Positions 26,319-39,723 of a stretch of DNA of 64,000 bases are shown here, piece by piece. Each line of letters starts with the position of its first letter. The stretch's first letter is position 1. The notes beneath the pieces were generated by a model. It searched no databases. It had not been told where the DNA came from and saw only the letters and a list, made by a program, of their open reading frames with translations. The translations under genes were made by a program, and so were the position numbers. Source of the DNA: Lingula anatina (Eukaryota > Animalia > Brachiopoda); contig CM120645.1 of assembly GCA_051362555.1 (NCBI GenBank), positions 18,352,001-18,416,000 of the forward strand, given 5' to 3'.

Positions 26319-27275
26319 AATACCCTAGTCACACTAGAGGCGGAATGAGCTAGAATGTAGTCAGAATGAGAATTCTTTGCATTCAAAATATATGGACCCA
26401 TTCTTGTGTCCAGTCGGAATGTTTTGCTCATGCCTAAAACTTTTAAAGGGCATTCCAAGTGGAAAAATATCGAATGGTATAACTATTCTTATTGTATTCT
26501 AACTGCACTGTGAGTGCATTCTAAATATTCTTACAGCATTTCAACACCATTTGAAACATTCTGATAGCGTTCAAAGGAGAACCGAAATGGCAAGACACTT
26601 CAATTCCTGCCAGAATGTTCTGCATGTGCCTCAAATGAGTTGGAATGCAACTCAAATGCATCTTGATTGCTGGCCGAAATTCTATTTCAGCCAGCAGTCA
26701 AACTTCCCTCGTATGAAATTCAAAGTACATTCTAAATATTCAGATTGTATTCTGACAGCATTATCCATATTCCTAGTTTTCCAACTACATTCGTGCAATT
26801 TAACCAGTCTTAAAATGATATATAGAGAAAGCGCACATATATAACATGTTTTTGGAAATTTTAATGTAAATTGTGATAATGACTAACACCAAAATCACCA
26901 CCACTCTTTAATTATGCACTATGGTTACTGTGGACATTCAAAATATGTAGCTAGCACTAGGCTTCAGACCCATAGGAATATACAGTCATACAGGAGTAAT
27001 GATGATTTGTCAAAAAAGGAAAAAAACTTTCAAAACTAAAAAGAAGATATATAATCCAATCAAGCTGATAATGCACTCTGTATTATTTCCCACTCCTGTA
27101 AGTTAGAGAATATTTGTTACTTAAACATCATATGGCATTAACAAGTAAAAAGTGGTCTATGCTGACAAACCTGACAAAAGATATAGGTGATGGTCAGATG
27201 GCTATATGTTCAGACGCAATGTCTGGCAATAAAAATAAATTAAGTCTCTCTCTCTCTAAAAAAAAAAATCCTTAC

Positions 27276-27348
27276 CTGTAGTGAAAACTGGGGACAATGT
27301 CACAAGATCTTAAGGCTCTTATCTCCACTTCAGTTTAGAACGACCAAC
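27276..27348 (-). other. Putative 73-nt non-coding (5'UTR or lncRNA) exon
   Basis: Long polypyrimidine tract plus TTCTAG acceptor and CAG|GTAAG donor; stop codons in all three frames. Confidence 0.45.
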
Positions 27349-28701
27349 CTAGAAAAATAAAAAGACAGAAAATAAGACACTCCAGACCAAACCTTTTTTC
27401 ATTCATTAACATTCTTTATTCAACATGCCAAAGGGCGGCATTGTCAGTTTGAATGCTGTTTTGCACGTATTGCTGGTGCAGGCTTTGATCTAAGACTTTG
27501 CTCAGCAGAAGCAAAGCATTGGCAGGTCATGGTGTTACAGTTAATCAAATTATACATAACAAGTGTCCTACTTCCAAGGAAACAGAAAAGAAATATGAAT
27601 AGAACATCTCATTTCTGATCTACAGCATCCACAAGGCCTTTTCCCAGCAAACCCACTGTCTAGTGGTCATTAGGACAGTCACAGCCATCACTGGACTGTC
27701 TATATTTCCAAATACGGCTGAAAGGCTTACAAATTACTTTGGAAACTGGCATCTTGGCTTGTCAGGACAGCTGTGGTGGGCTTACAAAATTCTCATAAAG
27801 TAATTTGATGTAACCAGCTTGTATGGATGATGCCCCTGTTAAAAAATACTTCTTTGTAGTGCACACTGTACTTCAGACACAACCTAACTACTACCTAAAG
27901 CCTATAAAACGCAATACAATGTTTCAATTAACATCCCAAAAAATATTGAAGAATTAAGGCAATTTTCATATTCCTTCAAGGGATTTAGTTACTGGGAGAC
28001 TGTTACTGATCTGAGCAAGACGAAAAAGGAAATTTCATATTCATTCAAGAGACTTTGTTAGCAAAACATCATCAGGGGGAGATGGTTAAGCTTAGATTAT
28101 ACTGTAGGGTGTACATATACTGCCTGTAAATCCCTTTCATGCGGCGTCTCTGCTGAGGCAGACAGTGGCTGTACGAAATCAAATGGATTCACCACGTGAA
28201 AATTTTGTCAAGCTAAAACTTATGACATATTTTGAAAAATGTAAGCTGTAGGCCAAAGCATCATTGTAGATAGAGTTACACAGCTCCAATCCTGTAGTAA
28301 CATGAAAATCTGACTCCCAGAGTCAAAATTTCATGGGTGGAATCAGATTTTTATTATGACCCCCCCCCCCCCACACACACACACACACAAAACTTAAATA
28401 TAATGGGAAAAACAACAGCAAGTGACAAGTTGGGCTTGCTTTATATAAAAAAATTCAATAAAGAGGCCAAGGGGCTGATTTCTTTAGCTAAAAATAAAAT
28501 ATGTAGCATTTTGACAGTCCAAATCCTACAGGTAATAAGAGGAATACTTGTTCTAAAAATAATCAATTTTAACCAAAATTTTCACCACCAGACTTTCAAA
28601 TACTAACAGGATGTGTCACAATGCAAACTATGTGGAAAACCACAGGATCAGAGAGGCGATAGAAAAGGAATATTTGACAAAAAAAAATTCACACATTCAA
28701 G

Positions 28702-30487
28702 AAACAAGGCAGCAAAGCTGTCAAATGTACAGACAAAAAGCAGAAAATAACAATGCACAAAATATGCTACTGTCAATGCTGATGCAAAAGTACATTATAC
28801 TTAACTGCAAATTCAACATCAAATTTTAATTAAGCTCAACAGATATTACCGATGTACTAGTAAGTAAAATGTGTAACAACCATAAGGCTTCAGGCCCATG
28901 AGAGTTCAACTGCACACTTTGAAAATGCCAGAATGAGAAAAATGAAAATTCATGAAATTGCATTAATGCAATAATAAATGATAAATCAATTCAGCTGACT
29001 TTCTAATTTGAGCTGCATGTCAAGCCTAAAATTATTCTTGTAAGTTTAAAATAATAAGTTACAGTTTTCTTTTCATAACGATTGCAGTAGCAGTGCACAG
29101 AGAAGATTTGTGTCAATTTTGATGTGAAATTACATAATAAATTACAGAATAATTATGAGCAATTTTAATTATTGACTTTAAATAACATGGACATGTAGAA
29201 AATTTGATTATCATTCAGCTTTATGCCCATGGGAGTTCTGAGTTCCACACTGAATATGCCAATACGATAAAAAAAGGAATCTTTCACTAAAATGTATAAG
29301 TTGCAGTAAAAGAAGTCAATTAGACTGCTTTTCCATAGGAAGCTGCATTTAAGGCCCATGTTTCTTTAATGTAAATTTGAGAAGAGTGAGTGACATGGTT
29401 TTCCTTTAATGGGCACTATGGCGGCAGTGCCTAGAATAGAGTTTTCTTCAATTTTGATGCAATATTGCATAATGCTTAACAGCATAATGACTATCAATTG
29501 TTAATGATAAAACAGAAGTATCATGAATATTCAGAAAATGTGACTAGCAAAGGTATTCGGGACTATGGAACTTCAAAGTCACACCTTGAAATTGCCAAAA
29601 TGTAAACAAGATAGAACTGTACTGAAATGGGTTTATTTCCATTTTATCACTTTTTTTTTTACATAAAACAATTAATTTACTGTACTTTTTTAATGATCAA
29701 CTAAGAAAATTGTTGAGATGTAGAAAATATTAGTAGAACAACGTTAAATGTTCAATTTGCTCCTTTCTGAGATTCTGAACATAGTAAATGATTAAATCTG
29801 ACAAACTGCAATGATTTGCTTTTTTTTCATTATTGACACTTAATTACACAATAGATTAATAAAGTTTTAACACCATTTTTATGTAATCAACAAACAATAT
29901 TGTAAAGATGAAAAATTTCTCAAAAGAACAGTTATACGTATCTAATTAGTTCAATAATAAGACTGTAATCATGCCTAAGAATTGAATCTGAAATAAAAGC
30001 ACTCATAAACAAAACAAGGCATAACTGCATCACAACTGAACCAACCAAGCTTATTTAAGAACTTTACCTGTATTTTAGTAAGATTAAGCACTCCTGTGAG
30101 TTTCATGTCAATAAGCCTATTGGTTTTCCTTGAAATGTGCTTACAGCATTGCATATATGATGAAAAGTGAGAAAACAGCATAACTTCTAAAATAATGGCC
30201 CGATCATGCTGATTTTCAAATTTGACCTGCGTTTTAGTAAGATTGATTACACCTGTGAGTTTCATGACAACAGGCGTAAAATAAATAATGCTAAAATAAT
30301 GGCCTGATCATGCTGATTTTCGAACTTGAGCTGCCTTTTATGAATATTCATCAGCTCTGTAAATAAAAAGCCAAAAGGTAAAACTGTCTTCCACTTATCC
30401 TGTTTACGCTGAAAGTGCACGATGACGGCGACGACAGACGCAGGTGACGGCAATATGTACAGACACATCTGTGTCTGTACATAAAAA
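28702..30487 (-). mobile_element. HINE family B, near complete
   Basis: Left CAAGGCAGCAAAGCTGTCAAATGTACAGAC (3' hairpin plus subTIR); right ATGTACAGACACATCTGTGTCTGTACATAAAAA (5' stem-loop); GACGGC microsatellite; ~160-bp units. Confidence 0.8.
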
Positions 30488-31593
30488 CTAAGGGTTCAGA
30501 GAAGTGATACTGCCTCCGGAAATTGTACCACAAGCTGGAGTAAGGGTATTCGCGTGGAAAACCAAAAAAGGGACACCATCACCAGTCTTGTATATGACAA
30601 GCTCTATAAAATGCAATAAACAAGAGTTCTAAAAATATGTTAAAAGAAGTGAGAAATCAGCAAAACTGTAAAAATGGTCCAATCAAGCGGATTTTCAAAC
30701 TGACCTGTATTCAAGGTCACAATAAGATTGCCAATATGTGGCTTCCTATTCAAGTTCAATAGTAACTATGGGGGTATCTCTGCCAGTTTTCAAGTTGTAA
30801 GGGATGGAAAATTTACAAAAATTTAGTTTAGTTCATGGTGAAAAAGTATGCCAAAGGTCAAATTCAAGGCCACAGGACGACTAACAATATGTGACTTCCC
30901 ATTCAATTTAAGTACTAACTATGGGCGTATCTTTGCCAGTTTTTAGATATATGGGTTGTAAAATTTGTAAAGAGCAGTTCATCAGAAAAGGTCACATTAA
31001 AATTGCCCGTATGTGACTTACTATTCAAGTTCAATAGTAACAATGGGTGTATCTCTGCCAGTTTTCAAGTTATAAGGGATGGAAAATTTACAAAGTTCAT
31101 ATCATGGTTAAAAAATAGATAAATGGTCAATTTCAAGGAAAAAGTAAGATAGCCAGTATATGACTGTGTAGTTTCTGAATATTGGCATAAATAATTTTCT
31201 CATAAAAAAATTCCCTTTTTTTTATAGAAAATTTTAACCTGTTTCACCTTGAAATACAGGTCAAAGGTCAAATCCAAGGGCATATTAGAAATCTCCACAT
31301 ATGAACTTCAGTTACCTATCTTTAGAAAATTTTCCCATAATTCCTTCGGAATGGTAGATATTTAGCATTTAATTTTGCCAATTTTGGACAAGGGTGCATT
31401 GCGATGAGTGCCACATCTAGAACCTAGCACTGAAGAAGCCCAAATGTTACGTGGGGCGAGTTGAGATTATACTTGACCTAAATCCTAGAGATGGGTACGC
31501 AAGCCCTTGTAGTCTAGGAGAAGCGGTAACGGTGACGTAGCAGCGGAGCCGACAGAACGGAACGGATGGGACTAAAACCACGTGTACTGCCAG
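30488..31593 (-). mobile_element. HINE family A, diverged copy abutting family B
   Basis: Decayed CTAG/hairpin/subTIR start, ~3 units, and the family A 5' block ending ACCACGTGTACTGCCAG. Confidence 0.75.
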
Positions 31594-31812
31594 TATTGGT
31601 CAGTATTTTCAAATCCAATCATAAAATGAATAAGAATAAGGCAGTAAAGCTGTCAAATGTACAGACAAAAAGCAAAAAAATAATGATGAATAAAATAGGT
31701 TATTTTTTCAGTTTTAGTGCAATAATACATTGTTCTTAACAGAAAAGTAGATACCAAATTTTAATTTTGCATAACAGGTAACACAAATGATAGGAATATG
31801 AAACTAGCTTAA

Positions 31813-32560
31813 AGGGGCGTACAAACCGAAGTAAGTGCTATCATAGTTGTAGAGATGATACAAGGATGATGTCTAAAATTGTTCATCTTAAATAATCATC
31901 ATCATTAGATGTGTATATCATTCATCAAAATGCAATTTAAACTTTGTTTTTTGTCCGTTCTATGCGTTCAGTTTTATGCTCTGCTGTCTTTGAAAATGGC
32001 TTGCACGTGCCCAATTCATTCACTGTGAGCCCACTTTTTAGTACTTAAATACAATCAAGGCTACCTAACCAAAGCAAACCAGTGACGTTGTCTCAATGAA
32101 GTCTTTGAACGTTTAACATCACAGTTACTTCTGTGGACATGCCATTGCCCTCTACTGTAATCCTACTTTTATTCTTGCAAGTTTCGTATTGTGCTCTTTT
32201 CTTCTTATCCCTCTTATGTCCTTAAAAGTTTTTTTCTACAAATCATCTGCTGCATTGACTTGTTAAATAAGGGCAATCACCTGTTACACCTGCTCACTTG
32301 GCCCTCACAGATGGAATGTGGGTTAAGCAGTTTTTCCACACTTCTTTTGCCCATTTATTCATATGCAAGTATATGAGCCACGTGACATGCAAGGTATGTT
32401 ATAATCGCGGGATGCAAATGCAATTTTAAGATCTTCATTACCTAATGGGCATGTGTTAGACGTAAAATTTGAAATAGATCTCGTTTATTTGGAATGTTTG
32501 ATATTGTGAAAGTACTGTTTTTGTGTATCATTTCTAACTAAAACCACTTTGTATGCCAGT
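31813..32560. mobile_element. Kolobok-type TTAA insertion
   Basis: TTAA|AGGGGCGTACAAA ... TTTGTATGCCAGT|TTAA; interrupts a family B copy; a related sequence lies at ~56950-57320. Confidence 0.45.
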
Positions 32561-35500
32561 TTAAGGCTTCAGGCACATGAGAGTTCAAATTCACACAAAA
32601 TGCCAGAATGCAAAAACTCAAACTCTACCAGTATTTTACAAATATTCATAAGCTCTGTAAGTTTGAAGACAAAAGGTGAAAGGGTTTCATTTTGTTTGTA
32701 TAAAAGTGGATAAAATATGCTGAAAAAAGGAAATCAAGCTGATTTTCAAACTCAACCTGTATTTAATGTATATTCATCAGTTCTCTAAGTTTGACGATGA
32801 AAGGTAAAACAGCTTTCAACTTACTGTTATAATACTGAAAATGCATGGCCAGGGAGACAAAAAAGACAAACACAGGTGATGGCTATATGTACATGACCTG
32901 CATTTGCCCTATGTAGTTTTGTGAGGGCACCCTTGCTTTGTGCATCTGCAAAGCTTTTACTCATGCATGAATTCATCAAGAGTCAAATCTGCCCCTCTAA
33001 ATTACAACAAAGCTGCTATTTGTTGCCCCTCATTCTTCTATATTTATCTAACAATACCTGCAACTTCTGGTTAAGTACAAGCAGGTATACAATTCACAAT
33101 CACATCTAAGCACAATTTATTCAAGGTATTTACAATGCAGGATTTTCTCCTGTTAGTATGGGAAATTTACCATAGATCAACAAATACCTGATATTCATCA
33201 ACACAACATGTGCTGTACACAGACTGCAGTGAACAAAGCCCTGACACAGATACTTATTCTATATGGAGAGAGGAGGTTAGTTTTCATTTTACACACAGTC
33301 GGTATTTTGGTTTTTCTCTCCTTGTTGATCTCAGTAACAAATCAAAATAAATATTTGGTAGGTTCTTTAAACCTATACAGTATTTCTTAATCCATTTCCC
33401 CATTGTGAGCTTGTTAAACCAGGATATCTCCAGCACTTTGTGGCACAGATAATCCATTAAGCATGAGGACCGACACTAGCCTTTAAAACTGGAAAAAATA
33501 CTAATGTGAACTACAAGGTACCCCTGACCACGGTCCAAATAAACCCAGACTGGGATTTGGGTTCCATAGCACTTAACTCTAAATTGCAGTCAAAACGAGA
33601 TGCTTATTTTTGAAAGGCATGCGCATAGGTGGGCAATTTTTCATATTTCAGTGGTTATTCACAGAACTGTCAAATGTGTATTGCTTTTTCTTATAAAAAT
33701 ATTATTTTTACGAGTAAATTGAATATTTTACATTGCATAACAATCATCCCTACTTGTACTCCCACCATATTGTTCACATTGATCAATATCACTTTTTGCT
33801 AAGAAAAATAGTACTAGCATGCATGCCTAACAGGAAGTAAGACTGACAAGGGGCAAATGTTGGCCAAAGAAGTGTGAATGCAAGCAAAATGGGTTTATTC
33901 GACTGTGGTTCTACTGGGGCTTATTGGACCACAGTTTTTACTTGGTAGAGTGAATGGCCCGTATGTGGACAGATTTCAGTGTTGGTGTTTGACATGTGGA
34001 CAGATAAACAACGGTATTTTTTAGAAAATATAAGGGTACTGATGGAAACATGCATCAGTTCACAGGAGCCCCTTGATGTGAATCTTGATAAAACAGTATT
34101 CACTAATGTTTAAAACCTAACTTGTCAAACCAACTAAACACAGACTTTTTCATCATAATTTACAATTATGTTATATCATCCTAAGTTTCAACAGTACTTA
34201 ACAGACAAGTCAACACCTACTCAGATGAGCTTATTATATTATGTTAGGAGATCATTACAAAAGCTTGGCTCTTGGTACGTCTTTTTCCTGATAAACTCAA
34301 CGAAGCCCCTTTACACTGGACAGCGTCCTCTCTGCTTCTAGTAGTGCGGCCCCATTTGAGAGTGAAAAAAAAAAACCTTTATGTGCTGACAAATGGACGA
34401 TTAATGAGCATTCATTCTGCAACAAAAAGGGATGCTTGTGCCTCCTTTTTACAACCACAGCAATGCCAGTTTCATGGTCGCACAATGAAGGTTGAAAGGA
34501 CGCCATCCAATGAGAAGGGGGTTTAAGCAAAGGTTATCAAACACCTCTCTGGGTGTAGCCTATGACAGGTAAATCAGCAGTTAAGTAAAGCACAAACCAT
34601 GAAAAACCAAAGCTGAAATGGAAACAAATTTTAAAAGATGCATTTGAAGCAAGTTGACATATCAAATCATTGTCACCATGTTATTTCAAAAAGCATGACT
34701 TACTATTAAGGATATATTTGAATAGATGGGTTTTCTTTCTTTCTATGCTATGTATTACCCTTGATCATTTTCCTCAGCACAAATACATCATAAATTACTA
34801 TGTCACAGGAAGGACAGATAAGTAGGTTAGGTTTATGTCCATAAATTTAAAGAAGGTGCAGTTTTAAAGCTATTTTCAGTAAATTACAGAAAAATTTTTT
34901 CTTGCAACCTGGAAACAGTTTCCTGCATACTTCTCATGTCGTTAAAGGTTGTATGAGATACTGGTAGTAGTGATTTATATGCATTACAAGGAATCTATCC
35001 TCACTTCATATGTAACTTTACAAACTTATTAACACAAGTTTGGCAAGATCTTCCATTGTCATAAAAGAATTTCTAGGGTCTAAAATGGATTTAATAATAT
35101 TTAATATCAGATTCTTTTTAGCCCTGGCATGTTCGTGTAAAATGATATCATGTGTATTTTTTCACTAGAGGTAGGAGATAAAACAGTTCTGGAAATAAGG
35201 AGTGGATAAATATTTCTGAATACAACTGGGCAGCAAAGCTGTCAAGTGTAAAGACAAAATGCAGATAATAATAATAATGCACAAAATAGGCTACTGTCAA
35301 TTCTGATGCAATAATACATTATGCTTAACTGTAAAGTCAACATCTAATTGTAATTATGCACAATAGGTAATACCAATATAAGTAAAATGTGTAACAAGCA
35401 TAAGGCTTCATACCCATGAGAGTTCAATTCCACACTTTGAAAATGCCAGAATGAGAAAAATGAGAACTTCACAAAAAAAAAAAAAAAAAGCATAAATTCA

Positions 35501-36827
35501 ATCAAAATGATAATCCAATAGAGTGGGTATTCTAATTTGAGCTGTATGTCAATTCCAAGAATCATTCCTGTAAGTCTTGGACATAATAACAAAAGGACAT
35601 GAAACGCGGCATCTTCCTTTGAAGCAATGTGCGTTCGGGTAAACATTCGCCCATTGTCTCAGATAAGCTGTTTTGATAGCTCCCAAGTAGCGAGTGCTAT
35701 GCCTCAGTGAATTTCTTTTGTTCTATTGCATGGATAACACAATTTCTCGTTGTCCCTCATGGTTGCTATGGTGCAGCATTGCCGCCATCTTGCCGTTGCA
35801 AGCACATCAGCTTGCGTCAACATGTGGAAATTTGTTTCTGGTTTTCAGTATCTATTTCTTTTTCCTGTTACCTCATTAAAAGGGGTTCTGGCATTTGTCT
35901 ATACTTGTAATCGTTTCCAAGATTGCATTGATCTATGTTGAACTGATATATAACTGGTTTTAAATCAATGTATCGGCTGATTCATATGTGGTGCCATTTT
36001 TCAAAAAGAGACGATATTGAGAGTATAGAAATTATCACTTAACATCCTCAAATTCGAGCAGACAATAGCCGGAAAAAATGAACATATATATATATATATA
36101 TACACACACAGTTCACAGTAGTGTTGATGTCAACTTTGAGAAACGGATATTAAGAGGCATTACGGGTGCGTTTATGTGTGTCACAAATGCATGTGTGGTG
36201 CCATATTGTAACGAGAGCCGATAATGAGAGTAAAAAATATTAATTATCATCCCAAAAATTGCACATATTTTAGCAAAGTAGCATGAATCTATTCTTAAGC
36301 ACTGTTCACATGAAAAATCCAAATTCCAAAAATCCATTGGCAGTATCTAGTGATCAAGGTCTGTGCCCTGAATACCCCACGGTGTAATTAACTAGCAGCG
36401 CGAGCGAGTCATTTTCAAAGCTGTGATTAATTCTTGGCTGCGCTCAGAGGAGATTCTGACCTGGACACACGCGCAGTAGTAACTCTAAACTGTGGATTTC
36501 ATCAGTTTGCACTCATATCTGTCGTGTGTATATGGACCTCATCTTCTTCGATTTGTTGTTGCACAAAATCAACAAACACATTTTTCAAAGCAACCGCCAC
36601 CATCATTTTCTTTCTCTCTAACTTATTACTGCGCATGTGTCCAGGCGTCAGAATCTCCTCCGAGGGCAACATCAATTTTTTATCATCTACTATAAATAAC
36701 TTGATATTTAGAAAATTTTATGACAATGTGGCTTCAAGACCATGGAAATTCATAGTTCTACATTGAGAATACTAATAAGTAAAAAATGAAAATTTTACAA
36801 AAATGTATAACTTCCAGATAAAGAAGC

Positions 36828-37559
36828 CAATAGAGGGTACCAGAGGAGATAGGGTTGTGCCCTAAGTGTGATATCATGTGGCATCAAGTGGTGTAAGATT
36901 TGAAGCTGAGTGGTCATTTTCAACAAGAGGTTAACAGGAGTGAGGTGAACAGGAGTGAGGTGAACAGGAGTGAAGACGGAGTGAAGATGTTTTTACAACA
37001 ACATAATAAGCAAACATTTTTCCTTTGGTATTTTGGCAGATTCACTTGTCAGTTGCGAACTTCTTCCTGGTTTTCACAAGGTCCTTTAAGGACTCTTAAA
37101 TGTCGTTATAATATTGCAGCACACACCACAAAACACCCAAAAATATTTAGATACGGGCATATCAGATTATATACATGTATGTAAAATTTGCACATAACAA
37201 TGATTTACAGCTTCGCGGGAATTCTTTTCCCTTGACGTTCTTTGTCGCACTGTCGGTCGATGCAGCATATATTTCTAAACATTTATTTACTGCGAATAAA
37301 GCAAGAATTTGCACCTTCAAGTATCGCAACACATTTTCATAGCATGTACATACTGGTATTATTTCTACAAGTATTCTCTGCCCAAAATGCCGAAAGAAAA
37401 AATTTATATCATTATGTTGTTGGAAAAACTGCTCTTTTCTATGAGCCCACATCTTCACTCCCATTCACCTCTAGCTAAAAATGACCACTCAACTTCACAT
37501 CTTACACCACTACACGTCACTTCCAGCACAATCCTGTCTCTTCCGATACCTTCTATTAG
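36828..37559. mobile_element. Foldback element with ~200-bp imperfect inverted arms
   Basis: 36828-37040 is the inverted counterpart of 37376-37559; one arm recurs at ~39860-40075. Confidence 0.7.
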
Positions 37560-38503
37560 ACTGCTTTTCGAACTCAGGCTGCATTTTAGTCCTACGTATC
37601 TTCTTTGCATGTCTGAGAATCATAAGTAACATGGTTTTCCCTAAAGGGTCATCATGGCAACAGTGTCCAAAATAGGGATTTCTTCACATTTGACACAATA
37701 TTACCTATGCTTGACAGCATAATAACCACCAATTTTAATAATAATATAAAGGTATCATGGATATTCAGAAAATGTGACTAGCAAAAGATAACAGGAAGGA
37801 AAATCCGTGGAAAATGCCATTTACCAGAGGATAATTTCTTATAAATATGACTTTTGGTGCCAAAACCCTCTTTAGTGTACCTTTTAGCTCTTTGACCAAT
37901 GAGATTACAGCAAATTTTCATCCCAGGGATAACCTCGGCTCTCGTGTTTGGAAGGCATAATGATTCATGTAGAAAGCATCTTAAAATTATTAATTGAATT
38001 GCCCAACTGATTAATTTGAGCAGCGAAGGCATTGTTCAAAGTCACCTCAAGAACTGATTTAGAAAATATATATAGATTGAATATCACAGAGTGGGAGAAT
38101 ACTGCAAAAGTGCCGAACAATTATCATATTAAATCAATAATGTACGGCCCATAATGTATGACGTGAAATTTCTCATCAAAAATAGAACTTAAAAAGTTGT
38201 TGATGCTATTAATCAGGCAGATCGCTGTTGGTTTTTAGTAACTAACTAGTACTGACTTAGTACTGTGTATTAACGTCTCTATACTATGTGGCTATTTCAA
38301 ATGTTATTAGAAGAATAATGATAGAGCCGTGTGATTCAAGTTCAGCACTAACGTGGATTTGACTCTTTAACCTAGAAGTAAAACAGCGGATGTAATTTAG
38401 CACTCTACCCCTGGTACAGAGAGCTACATTGTATGATCGCCTTAATTGAATAAAACGAAATGAAGTCTTCTGTGTGTGCGTGTGTGTGTTTATTCCTACA
38501 TAC

Positions 38504-38570
38504 CTGACCTTCAGATCACTATCGATTAAGCGAGTGATTTAAGCGGACTTCTGGTTAGACTTCCGGTAAA
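38504..38570 (-). other. Putative non-coding first exon/promoter of a minus-strand gene
   Basis: CpG-containing patch with ETS motif ACTTCCGGT (~38557) followed on the minus strand by a strong donor CAG|GTATGT. Confidence 0.35.
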
Positions 38571-39185
38571 ACAGAGGGTGTTTGCTGCATCCGAGAGTCG
38601 TACCGTCTCAGGCCACAGGCTGCCGTCTTAGGTTGTTATTCATTTAGAGAGATTACAACGCTTCATTTTGGCGGAAAAATACAATAAAACGGATTTTCCT
38701 GTGGTGAACGACAATGTTCCACACTAACCAAAAAAGTGAGTTTTTTTTTAACTGTAGAACTAAGAGGATAGCCATATGTGGATGTCCACGTGGACCATTG
38801 GCAATGTCAAATAAGAATAGTTGTAATAACAGCTGTTTTGGTGGTAAAAATGACATTTATTATATATCTATGTGTTGTTTACAGTGTATTTATTGTGGAA
38901 TTTCGAATCTCAAAGTTTATCTTTTTAAAATCAATAAAGGTCACCTATACAGGCGTACGCACGGGCTTTCCACTTTTTTTCTACAAAAATGACAGATTCT
39001 GTGTAGGTTTTATGTAATTATCCTGTTAAAAATGTGGACTTGGAACGGAAATAGCACCAGGACGCGAACGGAGAACATAAGGCCAAAACATAAACAGATC
39101 ATGATAATTTTACATATGGCCAATTAATGAACTTAAAAAACACAGAAAACAACTTTGAACTAGAATACGCAAACAGAAAAATGCA

Positions 39186-39588
39186 GCCCCTATTTCACAC
39201 AGACCACGAATCCCACGAATCGCCAGGAATTCGTGGGATTCGTGAGATTTTGCAAATTTTCTGGCCTAATTCGACACGATCTACGATACAGTTATGATAC
39301 AGGTGCGATAGTGTTACGAATATTCGTGGGATTCGGCTGGAATCGCATGAATATTGTCAAGAATCACTACCATTTTTGTGGAATCGGGAGTTCGTGGCCA
39401 AAATTTTGAACAGCTCAAAACTTTTGCCACGAATTCCCGATTGATCAAGAATTGCAAGAACTGACTGCGATTACAGTATATACGAATCTGTTAAGAACTT
39501 CACAAACAGATTACGATTCAACCACGAATCCTGAAATTTGTCCATTCCTGGCTATTCGTGGGATTCGTGGTCTGTGTGAAATAGGGGC
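39186..39588. mobile_element. MITE with ~45-bp TIRs and CACGAAT/ATTCGTG repeats
   Basis: GCCCCTATTTCACACAGACCACGAATCCCACGAAT ... ATTCGTGGGATTCGTGGTCTGTGTGAAATAGGGGC. Confidence 0.85.
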
Positions 39589-39723
39589 ATTAGGGACCAT
39601 TTCCAGACCCTATCGTACTAACTGTGGATCGATCTATTTTCAAGGGGATTCTCGCTAAATTCCAATCAACTAAAGCAGCCTAGATGTCTGGCTCGCCTAC
39701 TGAAACTGTTAGGGGGTAATTAA

